Both the position numbers and the translations under genes were made by a program. Source: Pecten maximus (Eukaryota). Taken from it: 64,000 nucleotides of DNA. The notes under the pieces are model-generated. The model did not search any database, was not told the DNA's origin, and saw only the letters and a program-made list of their open reading frames with translations. The stretch covers positions 47,802,001 to 47,866,000 of the forward strand of contig NC_047015.1 in assembly GCF_902652985.1 (NCBI RefSeq), given 5' to 3'. Of this stretch, positions 25,601 to 38,769 are shown one piece after another; within the stretch, counting starts at the first letter, position 1; the number at the start of each line of letters is the position of its first letter.

Positions 25601-28354
25601 TACACAAAATCCTGCTTTATTGTGTAGTAACATCAAAATTTCATCATATGAAGGGATACATATTGGAATGGCTATCCCACACATTTAAATTACCTTCAGT
25701 ATGGAGTGACACGATACTGGCATGTTTAGGAGTCCACTGGCTTTCTCTGCTGCTTCATACTCCTGTGATCTCACATACTCCTCATACATCATTGCCATTT
25801 CTGTTTGCTCCAAAGACTCTGTCATCTGGTTCAATCCTTTCCCTGCCTTCACTCTCCCTGTGTATGGCTTATATTTCGTTCTCTTCTTTTTCTATTGAAA
25901 ATGTTCAAGTGAATGATCATTAGTAAAAAAAAAATTTAAATCTTTTCTATTCTAAACATTTTCTCCGGGTAATCTTTTTATTCTAAACATTTTCTCCAGG
26001 TTGATATAAGTGATGAAATTATTTGTGATAGTGAATATTAAATTCTTCCCCATCTCTGCATCATCACATTGACAGGACAAGAAGTGCATTGATTTTCATC
26101 ACATTATCCCCTAGAATGATATAGCTGTTATATCATTTCATTCACAAATCACTGTACTGTATTTATACAGTACATGTATGATAGGACAATGACATTCAAC
26201 ATTTCAATTACTTTAACAGTATGTATATATGATATAACAGTTTTTATAACATATCGTTGTTATCAGGTTCTTTTTAAATGATGAACTCTTCTAAATATGG
26301 AAATAAATATGAAGTATGTAAAAATTTAATAAGAAGCAAACCTTTTCTTCTTCTTGAGTTTTTTGTTTTTCTTCTTGAGTTGGCCCTTCCTCTGTATCAG
26401 ACACTTTGTCTGCCAGTTCTGGAGGTTCCTCTTCCTCAACCTTCTCTTCTTCCACTTCCCTGTTAAATCAAATCAAATGATACAAAATTTTTCTCAATCA
26501 TGCACTAGTGTAGTATATATTTGTAACATATCTTGTAATTGACATAGACACATTTCACAAATTGTTTCTCATTTTTGGCCAAATCCAGTTCAATGTTGAT
26601 ACCATACCCACATTTTTTGTCAATTGTCTTTAAATTTTAGCAATAATCTAAAATAATAAACTTATGATATCCAAGCATTATTTAAACATATCCATAGCTC
26701 AACTTAGTTTTTCTTTTTAATTTTACAATCATATAATTGTTATTCATTAAAACATACTCAGCTACTGCTTCTTCTTCCACTTTTTCCTCGAGCACTTCTT
26801 CAACAGGTGTCATTGGTCTTTCAGGAACAAGTGCTTTTGGTACAGAGCCCTGGGCCCAACAGTCTGTCACAGCTGGATCAGGCTCTACAAAACAAACAGC
26901 GTGGCTATAAATAAACCTTATTTGTTAACAAACCAATATTTGATATATGTTGCTTATTATCATTTTCTATATCTTGACAAAATTAATTACCAGGTAAGTG
27001 AATTCTTAATATCAAGAATTAATTACCACAAATGGAAAACAAAAAACTTACAAATATCTGAAACTGTCAATTCTTTGAATACCAGGGTATATATGTTGTT
27101 TGAAATCTTATTTTTTATCAAGAATATGAACCTTTAATATATTGAATTCCTTAATTATGTCAATAAAAAATATATGGTATAATACAGGTAGTGCCTAATT
27201 TGAAAAGATAGACATTACAATCAATGTATACTAGAGTATCTAATGCACTCCTTTATGTTTACCTTCATCTTCCATCCATCCTGGATCTGTTTCTACCTCT
27301 TGTTCCCCTTCATCTCTAGATAAAAATTGCCACTAGAAAAAATCAATAAACATATTGTCCTTGAGCATATGCTTAATTATGATGCCTAAAACTATATAGC
27401 AAATATTTTTTTCTTCTTCAGAATTTAAGTTGTTTCATCATGTAAAGGGCACCATAAAACTATATTAACAATACATTACATCTTAGGAAATATTTTACAT
27501 ACAGCATAATTACTGTTTCTCTCGAACCAAAATGAAAAAAATATGATTTTTTAATAATTGTTCTTCAATCATGTTCGAAACTAGCTGCTGCAATAAGTAA
27601 CTATAACTGGTAGTACTGTGTAACTTTGTTTGTACCAAATTTGTGCATATTTTTCAAAATTCAATTTAAAAAAAGAAAAGAAAAGAAAAATGGTAGATGA
27701 AATCTTACCTCAATTATTTGAAAGCTTACCTCAATTATTTGTAAAATTGCATCTTTGGCCATAGTCACTGTAAAAGGTAGTAACTGTTGCCCAACGTAAC
27801 TATCATATATGACATCTAAAGTATTATCCACAAGTTCATCAATTATATCTTCTACGAATTCCTCTGAGCCATCTTTATCCACCATAAATGTCCTGAAAAA
27901 GATGTTGCTTAATCAAAAAAAGTTTACTTTAAAGTTTAAGACCTTTTCACTTTCAGATTCATGAACAGAATAATCTTAATCTTGTATTACATGCAGGTAG
28001 GCTTATATAAAAAAAAAATATGATGTCAAGTATTTCGAGTTTTAATTAATGCAATATCAAACCAATAAGTACAGTACAGGTAGACTTTAGATCAAATTAG
28101 AATAACTATGCCGTACAGTAGCAGGTCATGTATATACTATTATAAGAGAAGGAATGATGGAAATAAACGATTGTAATCTGAAATGAGGTTATAATTTGGC
28201 GGAAACATTTAGCATGTCTTATTGATTGAACATACCAGTCTTGGTCATTAAATTTCCCAGGCACGATTTCGTGTGCTACCACGGGTGTGTGTGCAGGTGG
28301 TCCGGGCTTGGCGCCCTTGTCGGCCCTCGATTTTGAAACGGCTGCTCTCGACAT
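19686..28354 (-). CDS. C2orf81: C2orf81-like (DUF4639) protein, 11 exons, 454 aa
   Basis: Exons 28354-28236, 27892-27730, 27332-27263, 26884-26758, 26459-26342, 25891-25694, 25367-25264, 24877-24732, 20593-20541, 20214-20143 and 19880-19686; phases consistent, 1365 nt. The N-terminus ([65 protein letters not shown]) matches the conserved C2orf81 region as I recall it. Confidence 0.88.
21305..21512. repeat. Compound tandem repeat of ~24-bp units (ttgcttattgttcagatggttaaa)
   Basis: Visible repeats with higher-order duplication. Confidence 0.8.
21660..22200. repeat. C/A-rich degenerate repeat ending in 4 copies of a 46-bp unit (22001-22182)
   Basis: aacaagctcttctaacaatatttactctactaaccacacaactccc starts at 22001, 22047, 22093 and 22139. 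Confidence 0.88.
22530..23936 (-). CDS. Intronless SGNH/GDSL-esterase plus coiled-coil ORF resembling ORF1p of CR1/L2-type LINEs, nested in C2orf81-like intron 8
   Basis: Open frame of ~468 aa from ATG 23936. It has a coiled coil (IMDLQADVKKLHAKLDEM) and SGNH blocks LLVGSSI, YRGAS, IHVGGDD and DGIHL. No EN/RT ORF follows. A minus-strand AATAAA lies at ~22476. Confidence 0.75.
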   Translation of the reverse strand: MMPQEREAKTHILVGHNPALELFSKRSKAGKQWINTDSIVLFFSYHKNHLGTGNRYWAWRYEDLLAIEMRQNPVKESRGAVSTNESIHGQNYTSNPFVSQTVHLTGERTSSGAGVKLDEDLEHPIHTFNSQTVPGLQGHAGIHVCDSYSIHSLVSIIMDLQADVKKLHAKLDEMNMVRKEKSRMVDCSTQTEYREKGQMESSEKGQIESSEKGRKDVSENLLKTYAQVVSQGSVVTEKDGKQSICTFKPSGKFLSSSAPPSVVTCTVISQSMNSKTSCEDVGVEARSKCSLLVGSSILRLVERKKLQLNMDVRTYRGASINTVRERLQTTPLTDYHRVIIHVGGDDISSGYSEQDIKNDFSQLTFYIQSSNPDIQIVYVAITPRTDCDVIPTNRSLQEMCNEHHIQFIPSYRVFVDKDNFQRNGLYSRDGIHLTKYGTALFLKNIDSYLSPGILRRNHSDSSNCEDIT

Positions 28355-28800
28355 TATGTGAGGTACGGGAACTACACGTAGAATAAATCAATCAATTCGA
28401 GCATTAGTGACTGTTAAAGACACAAAGCCACTAAATTCATATCTACATGTTTGTTGACGTTTCCTAGCTAGTTTTCGCGTTTGTCGTCCTCCATGATAGC
28501 GGATGTTTGCGTATCCATGACGACAACTATTCCCGTTGTAACGATAATTGTTATTATGATAAGATATTAACGCAATTTGATCACTATTTTTATTTTATAC
28601 ATTTTATCGTTTGTATTGTGTACCCTAAATACATTTGTTTTGTGCAATTACAATAAGTTTGTGAAATTTCTTAGTTAGTCACGTGATTAAATAGCAGAAT
28701 TCAATATGGCGGATGACAGACGTTGCGCTTGGAATTGAAAACTCGTGTTGTGTATTATTCTTCTCCCTTGTAAGTGGGACATTTACTTTATGTACACGCA
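28355..28800. promoter_or_regulatory. Probable bidirectional C2orf81-like/ENKD1 promoter with an RFX X-box-like motif
   Basis: Locally CpG-richer. GTATCCATGACGAC at 28511-28524 resembles GTTGCCATGGCAAC. A YY1-like aatatggcgg lies at ~28703. The genes diverge. Confidence 0.55.
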
Positions 28801-29160
28801 GGTCAAATGCAACAATTGATGGTTATTCTAACTAACATGACATAAGCGCTCCAAGTGTATTAAAGCGATGCTGTATTTTGTAGCTACTAAGATTATGCCT
28901 GTAAACTATGTTGTGTTTGGACTTGAGTCACCGGGAGGTGAAAATGTAAACAAATATGTAAACGGTAGGCTTATTATTCTCTGTTTGATGAAGACGACAG
29001 TTCTATGTAAAATGTGAATTTATTTTTGTTATTTTTTAAAATTTCGTTTTGCTACAGTTGTGAAAACGACAACACGTTTTTTTATTCCAAAACCTTAAGA
29101 GTTTGACACTTGACAGGTTATATTACTATTAAAACCCTGTCACCAAGTCTGGTGGTAGGG

Positions 29161-30095
29161 CTAGCCCGAGTTTCCTCTGGCCCTGACACCATGTCTCCAA
29201 CAATGTTAGAGGTTTTACACGGCGAGATACTTTTGGCTGGCGCCGTGTGTGTAACCTCATAACTGCCCATAACTGATTTTCCCGATGCTGACTATGAAAT
29301 TTTCAAAGTTTGTAGTTTGAAAAAAATATAGCATGTCAACTTATATTTAAATGATCAACAGGGTCCAATATATATATTCCTTTCCATTATTCCATGATTA
29401 AATGATCATGAGAAGAATTTCGTAGCAAACACACTAATTATGAAGTTTTCTTCTTTCAAAGCGAAGCAGAGCTCAAGCAGACAATACTGCCGGTAGTGAA
29501 AGTAAAATACCACGTGATTTACCAGTTGCTACAAAAATGGATTCGAAGCTATGTCCTACTAGTGGAATACAACAAAATCTTTATTATTTTGTTCCGTTTG
29601 AAATGTACCCAAGACTATTTTGGATCAACCTTTAGGCAGCCATTTTAAAACCGGTCAGAAAAGTGCTACAACGACTTGGACTTGTATTTTGTGTGTTCTA
29701 TACCGGATTAAACTATATATTTGTGTCTGTGACATACATATGGGATACATATTGCATAAATGGTGCGTAGACATCGTTGTAATGACCTGTCAACCACTTA
29801 AGTGGTTTTTCAAGCATATTTCGATGCACCTGGATTTCCAGCGCAAGCTGCATCAAATAATTAGTGCTTCGGAAATAAGAGGTCGCAGTTGGCAAAATGA
29901 TATCCAATAGAAAAAGAGCCGACCAGCGGCCTCTTGAATTATAGGAGTAGGCTAGCCCGAGTTTCCTGTGGCCCTGACACCATGTCTGGTTTAGGGCCAG
30001 AGCGCACTACTATGAAAACATGGAATTATCCGACACCGCTTGGGGTCAGGCCCTACACCAGACATGGGGTCAGGGCCAGAGGAAATTCGGGCTAG
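29161..30095. mobile_element. Two further members of the 10334 MITE family: a left end at 29161 and a complete 144-bp palindromic copy at 29952-30095
   Basis: ctagcccgagtttcct(c/g)tggccctgacaccatgtct occurs at 29161 and 29952; its inverted copy agacatggggtcagggccagaggaaattcgggctag ends at 30095. Confidence 0.75.
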
Positions 30096-30785
30096 TGTAA
30101 AATCAGAGTATAGAATTAAATTGCAGAGTCGATGATAGAAGAAAGACGAGTTATAGCGTCTGCTCCAACAGCATTTTTGAGGTGTAATATTTTCTGTACT
30201 TCAGTTTAATATCTTTCTAATTTTTTCCAATACCTAAATTCACAACACTATTTCAAATTTTGACTTTGTGTAGATTGTCTTTCAATGTGATGAATGCTAT
30301 ATATAATGGCCCTATAATAGCATAAACAATTAGGATAATATATGATCAGTCACACAGATGTGCCATATTGCTGTATCCATGTTTTGATATTTCATTGTGA
30401 TAACACTTTCAAATGGCACTTCAGTGACCTCATTATCTGTAGACACAGACTATAGGTACAATCAACCTATATAGCTACTGTTTGTTGTAGGGGAAAAGTA
30501 TTTAACACAGTCAAAAGTGTTGAATGCTTTTCTGCTACAACAGTAGCTAGGTGCCATCCAAAACCAAATGAAAACTGGGTATCTAGGTATTGCTCGCATT
30601 GCTTAACATTGTTTTACACAGACAATAGTACATTACCATCAATTAATGTCTTCCAAGATAATTTTGTTTTAATACTTTTTCTTTTGTTTGTTTTAGGTTA
30701 AACAACTGACATTTGTGGTAAAAGATTGGTACAGTGATATGGTTAGATGAGCCTTGATCCATTTTAATAGCTAAAAAGCATCATC

Positions 30786-33700
30786 ATGCATGGTGGAGGT
30801 GGAATGATGCTTGTTAATGGCCAGGGATATGGTTCAACGAAGAAGTATGGAACAGGTAAAGATAAAACAAATATTTCAAGATTTTTGTGACCATAGTTTC
30901 TATTTCATATCTTGTGTTGTACTTTTTTGAGGAATGATACCTTAACATATTAAAGAAATCTGAAGATATTAATGAAAATATCCTACAAATTTTTTTAATC
31001 AAATGGGAAAGTACCGGGGGTAGCAACACAAAATTTGGGTAGGCTCATATACCCCCATTTTGCAAAAGTATAGTAGCTATATACAAGTTATGGTGCTAGC
31101 ACAATGTAATGTATTCAGTGGTGTATTGTAGCTATATGGATGATATTTTTATCAATGGATAACCTCGTATTGCATTTAGCAAAGAAATAAATCAAAAGAA
31201 TTCACTAAAAGTATCTTTTTAATTTCCGTGACATATTGTGGTGGTTTCAACTGAAATAATAAAGTGAATATCAAAGTTACAGATAGTTGTAAACTCAAGT
31301 GATGACTACATTTGTTTCAGATACAAAATCAAAAAACCATTATATGGACAATGTACGACGCATGAGACAAATACAAAGGCAAAGTAAAGAAAGAGAAGCA
31401 GAAAGCAAAAAGCCAGTAAAGGCACTGTGGAAGTCCGACAAGTATCGTGATGTTCAGTCCAGAGTAAAGGGTGATATCGAGGTGTGTACGTCATGTTTGG
31501 TCTGTAACAATTTTGGACATGCTTTGTGAGTGCAAAATGATCAACTTGGACTTTGGGGGGATGGAGTTGACTATTTTTCAGTTAAACAATAAGTTACTAT
31601 TCCCTGCTTTCTAGAATTTTTTTAGAATTTTGGAAAAAATTCCTTTCAAATAATTTATTTTGAGGTATTTTATAACAATTTTTCAAGCTTGACAAGTTCA
31701 TTACATTTTATACAGTATGTCTGCTGTCACAACATTGAACTTTCATTGATCAATCTAATATTTTTTTGACGATTTCAGCGTGAACCAGATGCACCAAGAC
31801 CACATTCAGCATGTTTTACCAGGGCACATTCCCGGTCAGGTCCATCAGTTAAGTTTCCATCTCGTCCTAGTACTCCAGAAGTCGTCGTACCAGATGAGAA
31901 ACTGACGGTTCCTCGTGCAAGTTCAGCTACAGATGTAGGTTTCTAATGTTTGTAATATATGTCGGAGGTAGATAATCAAATTTTATACAAAGCAATAAAA
32001 AAAATTCCGTAACCATATTTACATACAAGCATAAAATAGTATTCTATTGAAAAATATTCCTGTATTCTTTGTGCAGTTTGTAAAACTAGTTGTTTTTGTG
32101 TAATAAATATTGAATCAGAAGGCCTAGAAATATTACTAACTAAACAGTTAACACACATCTTCTCATTTTGTCAGATTAAGATGACGAGGAATAACTTTGA
32201 CTTCATCAAGATTAACGGTGTAAATGCCAAGAGGGCACCGGTGGTGAGGAGTCCAAGTCTTACAGCATTGGATGACCTCAAGAAGAGCAGGGATGAGGAA
32301 TTCACGCAGAGGCACAAATTTGGAGAGGTTCCTAAATAGTATGTTTTTAATCACATTTCTTTCACAAGCAAACACATCACCAGATTTTTTTAGACAAATA
32401 TCTGGTTTGTGTAAAGAATTGTTTGATTAAATATAAATTGTTCATAATTGCCATATTATTCAGAAACATAGTTTGTATTATAGGAATGATTATTTATAAA
32501 TTTCTTGCACATTTACATCCAAATTTTGAGGTTGTAGACATGCATAAATGTAAAAGTTTACTGTTAATATTTTACTGCTGGAAAATAATTCATACATTTC
32601 AACCATCTATACAAAAACGAATTTTGATCTTTTCAGCCTTCAATCACGGAAAGTTCAATGGAAAAAAAATGAGGAGGATCGTATAGCTAACATACCTGAC
32701 CCAGAAATGCCTCCTGGCCACAGAGCATTGCCAGAGGCAGAGCGACGCACAACACTTAGTCTGCTTATAAAAAGTAAGTGATTGACAGTATATTTCTGAT
32801 TCTTTCTGGGCATTTAAGACTTCAGCTATGAAAATGGGCTCTACATAATATATGTACATCTTTATGAAGAGTTTTGTATTCTTGTTGACACGGGGTACAT
32901 AATGTTCATATATTAAAGGGATACTTTCATTAATGATACATTTGTATATTATGTTTCCTGAAATATATACTGTAAATCCCTTATAATTTGCGTGGGATAT
33001 ATTTTCGCGTTAATTCGCGAGGAGAGTCAAACGCGAATTCAAATCCCTCGCGAATATTTATATAAGAATGACAAGAATAAGTGGCGTCCATTTTGAATCT
33101 ATCGCAATCTTTAGTTGGTGAACAGACATCGCCATTAAAGTAATAATAGAATGATAGATTATATACTTATATCAGAGTGTAATTTTATATCACAAAACAC
33201 CAAAATTTCACACAAAAAAAACCCTGCTGAACACTAATATCGTAGTTGAACTCGGACTAAAATACCTTCTAGATGACGATTTAGTTAATTTAAGTGCAGT
33301 AGGTCCGGTCCCGAGGATCCCATATGGTCACCCGGAAGACGTCTTACTTTATTACCTGCACTGTTGTTTATGTAAGCTTACATGTATGTCGTACTTCACA
33401 TCGCTTGATTCTACATGTTTGTTCACTGTTTCCGTGATTGGGACCGGCAATTTATCTTAGGTTACTATTTTTTTTAATTGGAGATCTGTGGCATGGTCAT
33501 GTCGGTGAAATAATGCAGAAAAATTATATATGAAAGGGCGTGACACTTGTATATAGCCTAGAGGCGTATACAGGTACGGTACATACAATTCAGTATAGAC
33601 AGGCATCAATATCACATGACTTTTCTTGTACCGTCACATGACTCTCATAAATAAAATGGCTACCAACATGGAAATATCGCCGACCTGTTAACATCATTCG

Positions 33701-34261
33701 CGAATTTAAAGTCATTTTGAGGTCAGAATTCGCAAAATTATGTATTCCCGAATAAGTTGAGTGAGGTGAGTTCGCGAAATTTAGTACTCGCGAAATATAA
33801 GTGATTTACAGTAACCTGACTTTTTGTTTTTATGTCCTGGACAGATTATGAATAAATAATCACATATAAGTTTTATGAATACTTAGTTCTCTGGACAGAT
33901 TTGCTCATGATAGGGTACATATTATACTCGTATAAAATACCTTATCAATACTCTAAATTGCCAAACTTGCGAGCAAGTTCCTCACGGAGAAAATAGCAAA
34001 ACATGTCCAAGTGGTACTTTGGATGTTGATTAAACTGTAAATTTTAACGAATAATCATGTCTTACTATCTTGTTGGTTATAACTCTTTTTTTCTTATTTG
34101 CAGAGGAAGAAGAACTTGTACGAGAGATGTCAGCATTGCCTTTAAGAATGGACACTTTCCGTATTCGTTCACAAAAGCAAGAAATTGAGAAAAAACTTGC
34201 AGAAGTAGACGAGGCAAAAAAAATATTTTCCCGATCAAAAGTGTTTGTGAAAGTGGACTGA
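30786..34261 (+). CDS. ENKD1: Enkurin domain-containing protein 1 (6 coding exons, 281 aa)
   Basis: Exons 30786-30855, 31321-31481, 31779-31934, 32175-32338, 32637-32773 and 34104-34261; phases consistent, 846 nt. Motifs: NVRRMRQIQR, PVKALWKSDKY, DFIKING, GEVPKYL..PDPEMPPGH..ERRTTL, KKIFSRSKVFVK. The start codon is the least certain part. Confidence 0.92.
32970..33811. mobile_element. Non-autonomous DNA transposon (MITE) with TA TSD, in ENKD1 intron 5
   Basis: TA|ctgtaaatcccttataatttgcg ... cgcgaaatataagtgatttacag|TA, with subterminal ttcgcg/cgcgaa repeats and no ORF. Confidence 0.85.
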
Positions 34262-36198
34262 TAGCAACTGTTTTAAATATCTTATTTTGTACTATAGTTT
34301 AATATAATTGAAATGAGCTGTTTTTGTAGATACATGTATTTATTATGTAGATGAATTTGTCATAGGAAGGTCTTATTTTTTATACTCACTGTTCCTCATT
34401 TTGTTTATCTGACATTGCAAACACTTGTGCTAGTGTTGTCTTCTGTGGAAAAGTGCTTGTAGACCTTGGACAAGTCATGCACACATTAAATATTAGTTTG
34501 ATCAAGTCTCAGCTAATTCTGCTTTTAGTTGAGTGCCAGTATTATACTAAATTACATCACCTTAGAGAGTATCAGAAATTCTGTTGTATACAGATATACA
34601 GTAGTAGTGACACTTTTAACTACACTTGTTTAATAGCCAGATATTCGATGTTGAAAGCGAGAACTTTTAATTGAAAACTTCTCTTTGGAGAAGTAATCTC
34701 ATTTTTATGTCTGCTGTAATTTTAGTGCCTCTCTTTGTAGTTCCTGTAATCATGATCAGTAATCAGGGACATTCCAAGTCACTGATAGTAAACACTGTTT
34801 TGAAAATGTGTTAGATAATGGCCTATTTTATAGATATAACTGAATGTAACTGGAAGTGCGAGATTTCCCCTGTACAACAAAGGGACCTCAAGGGCGTAGG
34901 ATAATAATAAACTCATAGTAGCAAGATCAGATATTGCTGCATCACGAAAATACCTGGTAACGGAGTAACATTTCATTATCAGGCATTTCATTTATAGGAA
35001 GGCTGGAATGAACAGTGTACTTTTCCACTGATTGATTTAATTCTAAGATCCTTCCAAAAGATATGAGATAAAATTAAAAACTTGTTAAATGTCCATATAG
35101 GTGCAAGTATGTAAGGAAATTGCACTCCCAAGTTGTAGGATTTCCATACGATGTATGTTAATGTAAAAAAAAAGGCTGTTTAAGTTAACGAATAGTATTT
35201 ACTGGAAATACCGGTTTAATGTTAATAGGGCGAATATTGTTATTACGTTATTGACATTACTTAATGTTATTGAACTTTATGTAATAATTATGTCATTACA
35301 TGTATTTGAAAGATAGATGAAGAGATTTTTTTTCTCATGAGGTTTGGTTAATAAGTTGACGAGAAAGTTTTGTGTATCCTATCAGTTCTTTATAGATTAT
35401 GACAATTTACGCCAAAGAAAAGGGTCATCATGTGTGTGATTTGTCCTTATAATAGTAATACAACTCATTCTAAAGGATGTGTACGATACATGCATATTTT
35501 TATGTCTTTGTTGATATATATTTATGAACCATAGTAATATTTCTATAAGACATTTTTTGGAGGATGAACTTTAAATATGTTCCACAGTGGGCTGTGGAAG
35601 AGATCTGAATATTTCTTTTACATTTCTTGAGAAATTTTGATGCATTTGTGAGCTGACTTTTTTTCTCAATTCATTCCAGAAACTACTGTTTTTAATTATT
35701 ATCAAAAGCTTGTAGTTCATTGGTTGTTAAAAATTATTGACCAACGAATTGTAACACAGTTTTATCTTTTATTGTTAACTTACTTACAGCAAATAAATTT
35801 CATAAACATTTTGAATTGAATAAATGATATTATAAATAGCGCGACTGAGTCTTGTGATGATAGTGTTTATTCCTTTCTGTTATCTAAATGATTCCTATAA
35901 AATGAATGATACATAATTATACCAGCAAGGGCAATAAAACTGTATATATTTGATGTTCAAGAAAGTCATCAAAATTGGCTAAGGAAACATTGTTAAATTA
36001 ATGGAAATTTTTCTAAAAAAAAATCTTTACTTATAAAGGAATTTCGTCAGATCTTCATGTGCAGATAGATAAGGTGTAAATCTATCTCAAAATATTTGGA
36101 AAAGGTGTTTTGTTCAATGGTGCGATGCCTGAAGTCTACTTGAATGCCATGAAATACCATTGCATTAAGAAAGATCCATCTTTTGTCACAACAGTCTC

Positions 36199-38764
36199 AA
36201 CAAGAGATCCCAGAGGGATCTTGGCGCCCACCATTGAATGATCTTTATAGGTTCCATGTCAGATTGATCTTTTCTCTACTTTTCCCTTCCTCTAAGTCTT
36301 ACTAATCTGTGTAAATTCAGAAACAGCCCTCTAGTACTTTTCAAACAAGAGTAATCTATATATAAAATTTAAGATTTAGCGATAATGGCTGTCTGTCGGC
36401 CATGTTGTTTTCGGATTGGTCCAAAAAATGCAATACCAGGGACCAAGGGGAACCTACATATGAAATTTGAGAAAGATCCCTTCAGTACCTTCTGTAAAAT
36501 AGCGATAACAAACTTCAATTGTCAAAATACAAGATGGCTGCCTATTGGCCATGTTTTTTAGCTCACCTGGACCGAAGGTCCGGTGAGCTTATGTCATGGC
36601 GCGGCGTCCGTCGTCCGTCCGTCGTCCGTCCGTCCGTCCGTCGTCCGTCTGTCGTCCGTCCGTCAACATTTGCTTCAAATCGCTACTAGTCAAAAAGTTC
36701 TTATTGGATTTTTACCAAATTTGGTCAGAAACATCCTTGGCAGAAGGGGATCAGAATTTTCATAAATCGTGGCTCTGACCCCTCAGGGGCCGGAGGGGCG
36801 GGCCCAATAGGGGAAATAGAGGCAATTCCTTTAAATCGCTACTAGTCATAAAGTTATGAATGGATTTTAACCCGATTTGGTCAGAGACATCCTTGGGGGA
36901 AGGGGAACAGATTTTGCATAAATGGTACGTGGCTCTGACCCCAAAGGGGCCAAAAGGGCGGGGCCCAATAGGGGAAATAGAGGTAATTCCTTTAAATTGC
37001 TACTTGTCATAAAGTTATGAATGGATTTTAACCCAATTTGGTCAGAGACATCCTTAGGGGAAGGGGAACAGATTTTGCATAAATGGTGGCTCTGACCCCG
37101 GAGGGGCCAAAGGGGCGGAGCCCAATAGGGGAAATAGAGGTAATTCCTTTAAATCGCTACTTGTCATAAAGTTATGAATGGATTTGAACCCAATTTGGTC
37201 AGAAACATCCTTGGGGGAAGGGGAACAGATTTTGCATAAATTGTGACTCTGACCCCAAAGAGGCCAAAGGGGCAGGGCCCAATAGGGGAAATAGAGGTAA
37301 TGCCTTTAAATCGCTACTAGTCATAAAGTTATGAATGGATTTGAACCCAATTTGGTCAGAAACATCCTTGGCAGAAGGGGAACAGATTTTGCATAAATGG
37401 TGACTCTGACCCCCGAGGGGCCAAAGGGGCGGGGCCCAATAGGGGAAATAGAGGTAATTCCTTTAAATTGCTACTAGTCATAAAGTTATGAATGGATTTT
37501 AACCCAATTTGGTCAGAGACATCCTTGGGGGAAGGGGAACAGATTTTGCATAAATGGTGGTTCTGACCCCAAAGGGGCCAAAAGGGCGGGGCCCAATAGG
37601 GGAAATAGAGGTAATTCCTTTAAATCGCTACTTGTCATAAAGTTATGAATGGATTTGAATCCAGTTTAGACAGAAACATCCTAGGGGAAAGGGGAACAGA
37701 TTTTGCATAAATGTTGACTCTGACCCCCGAGGGGCCAAAAGGGTGGGGCCCAATAGGGGAAACGAGGTAATTCCTTTAAATCGCTACTAGTCATAAAGTG
37801 ATGAATGCATGCCTTTTTGTCTCATTTTTGGAAGAAAATTGGCGAATTTGGACAGATTTTTAGCTCGCCTGGACCGAAGGTCCGGTGAGCTTATGTCATG
37901 GCGCGTCGTCCGTCCGTCCGTCAACATTTGCTTCAAATCGCTACTAGTCAAAAAATATTGGTCCCAAGATGCACTATGCATAACTAAGCACCAAAGGGAA
38001 CCTACATATGAAATTTGAGAAAGATCCCTTCAGAGCTTTCTGAGAAATAGCTATAACAAAATTTAATTGTCAAAATCAAAGATGGCTGCCTGTCGGCCAT
38101 GTTGTTTTCCGATTGGTCTCAAAATCCAATATGCATAACTAGGCACCAAGGGAACCTACATATGAAATTTGAGAAAGATCCCTTCAGTGCTTTCTAAGAA
38201 ATAGCGATAACAAACTTCAATTGTCAAAATCCAAGATGGCTGCCTGTCGGCCATGTTATTTTCCAATTGATCTCAAAATGTAATATGCATAACTAGGCAC
38301 CAAGGGAAACCTACATATGAAATTTGAGAAAGATCCCTTCAGTGCTTTCTGAGAAATAGCAATAACAAACTTCAATTGTCAAAATCCAAGATGGCTGCCT
38401 CTCGGCCATGTTGTTTTCCAATTGATCTCAAAATGTAATATGCATAACTAGGCACCAAAGGGAACCTACATATGAAATTTGAGAAAGATCCCTTCAGTGC
38501 TTTCTTAGAAATAGCGATAACAAACTTCAATTGTCAAAATCCAAGATGGCTGCCTGTCCGCCATGTTGTTTTCCGATCGGTCTCAAAATGCAATATGCAT
38601 AACTAGGCACCAAGGGGAAACCTATATATGAAATTTGAGAAAGATCCCTTCAGTGCTTCCTGAGAAATAGCGATAACAAGAATTGTTTACGGACGGAGGG
38701 ACGGACGGACCACAGACGCAGGGCGATTTGAATAGCCCACCATCTAATGATGGTGGGCTAAAAA
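36199..38764 (-). mobile_element. Helentron-associated non-autonomous element (HINE family A, copy 1) with 155-bp tandem units, interrupted by family B
   Basis: One end is aacaag + hairpin agatccc-aga-gggatct + sub-TIR gcccaccat. The other end has a (ggac)n microsatellite and hairpin tagcccaccatc..gatggtgggcta, then an A-run. Confidence 0.85.
36555..37955 (+). mobile_element. Nested HINE family B in opposite orientation: ~7 x 157-bp units, plus a second truncated head at 37857-37955
   Basis: Head ttttagctcacctggaccgaaggtccggtgagct with a (ccgt)n microsatellite at 36555, repeated at 37857. cccaataggggaaa recurs about every 157 bp from 36803 to 37750. Confidence 0.85.
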
Positions 38765-38769
38765 TACAA

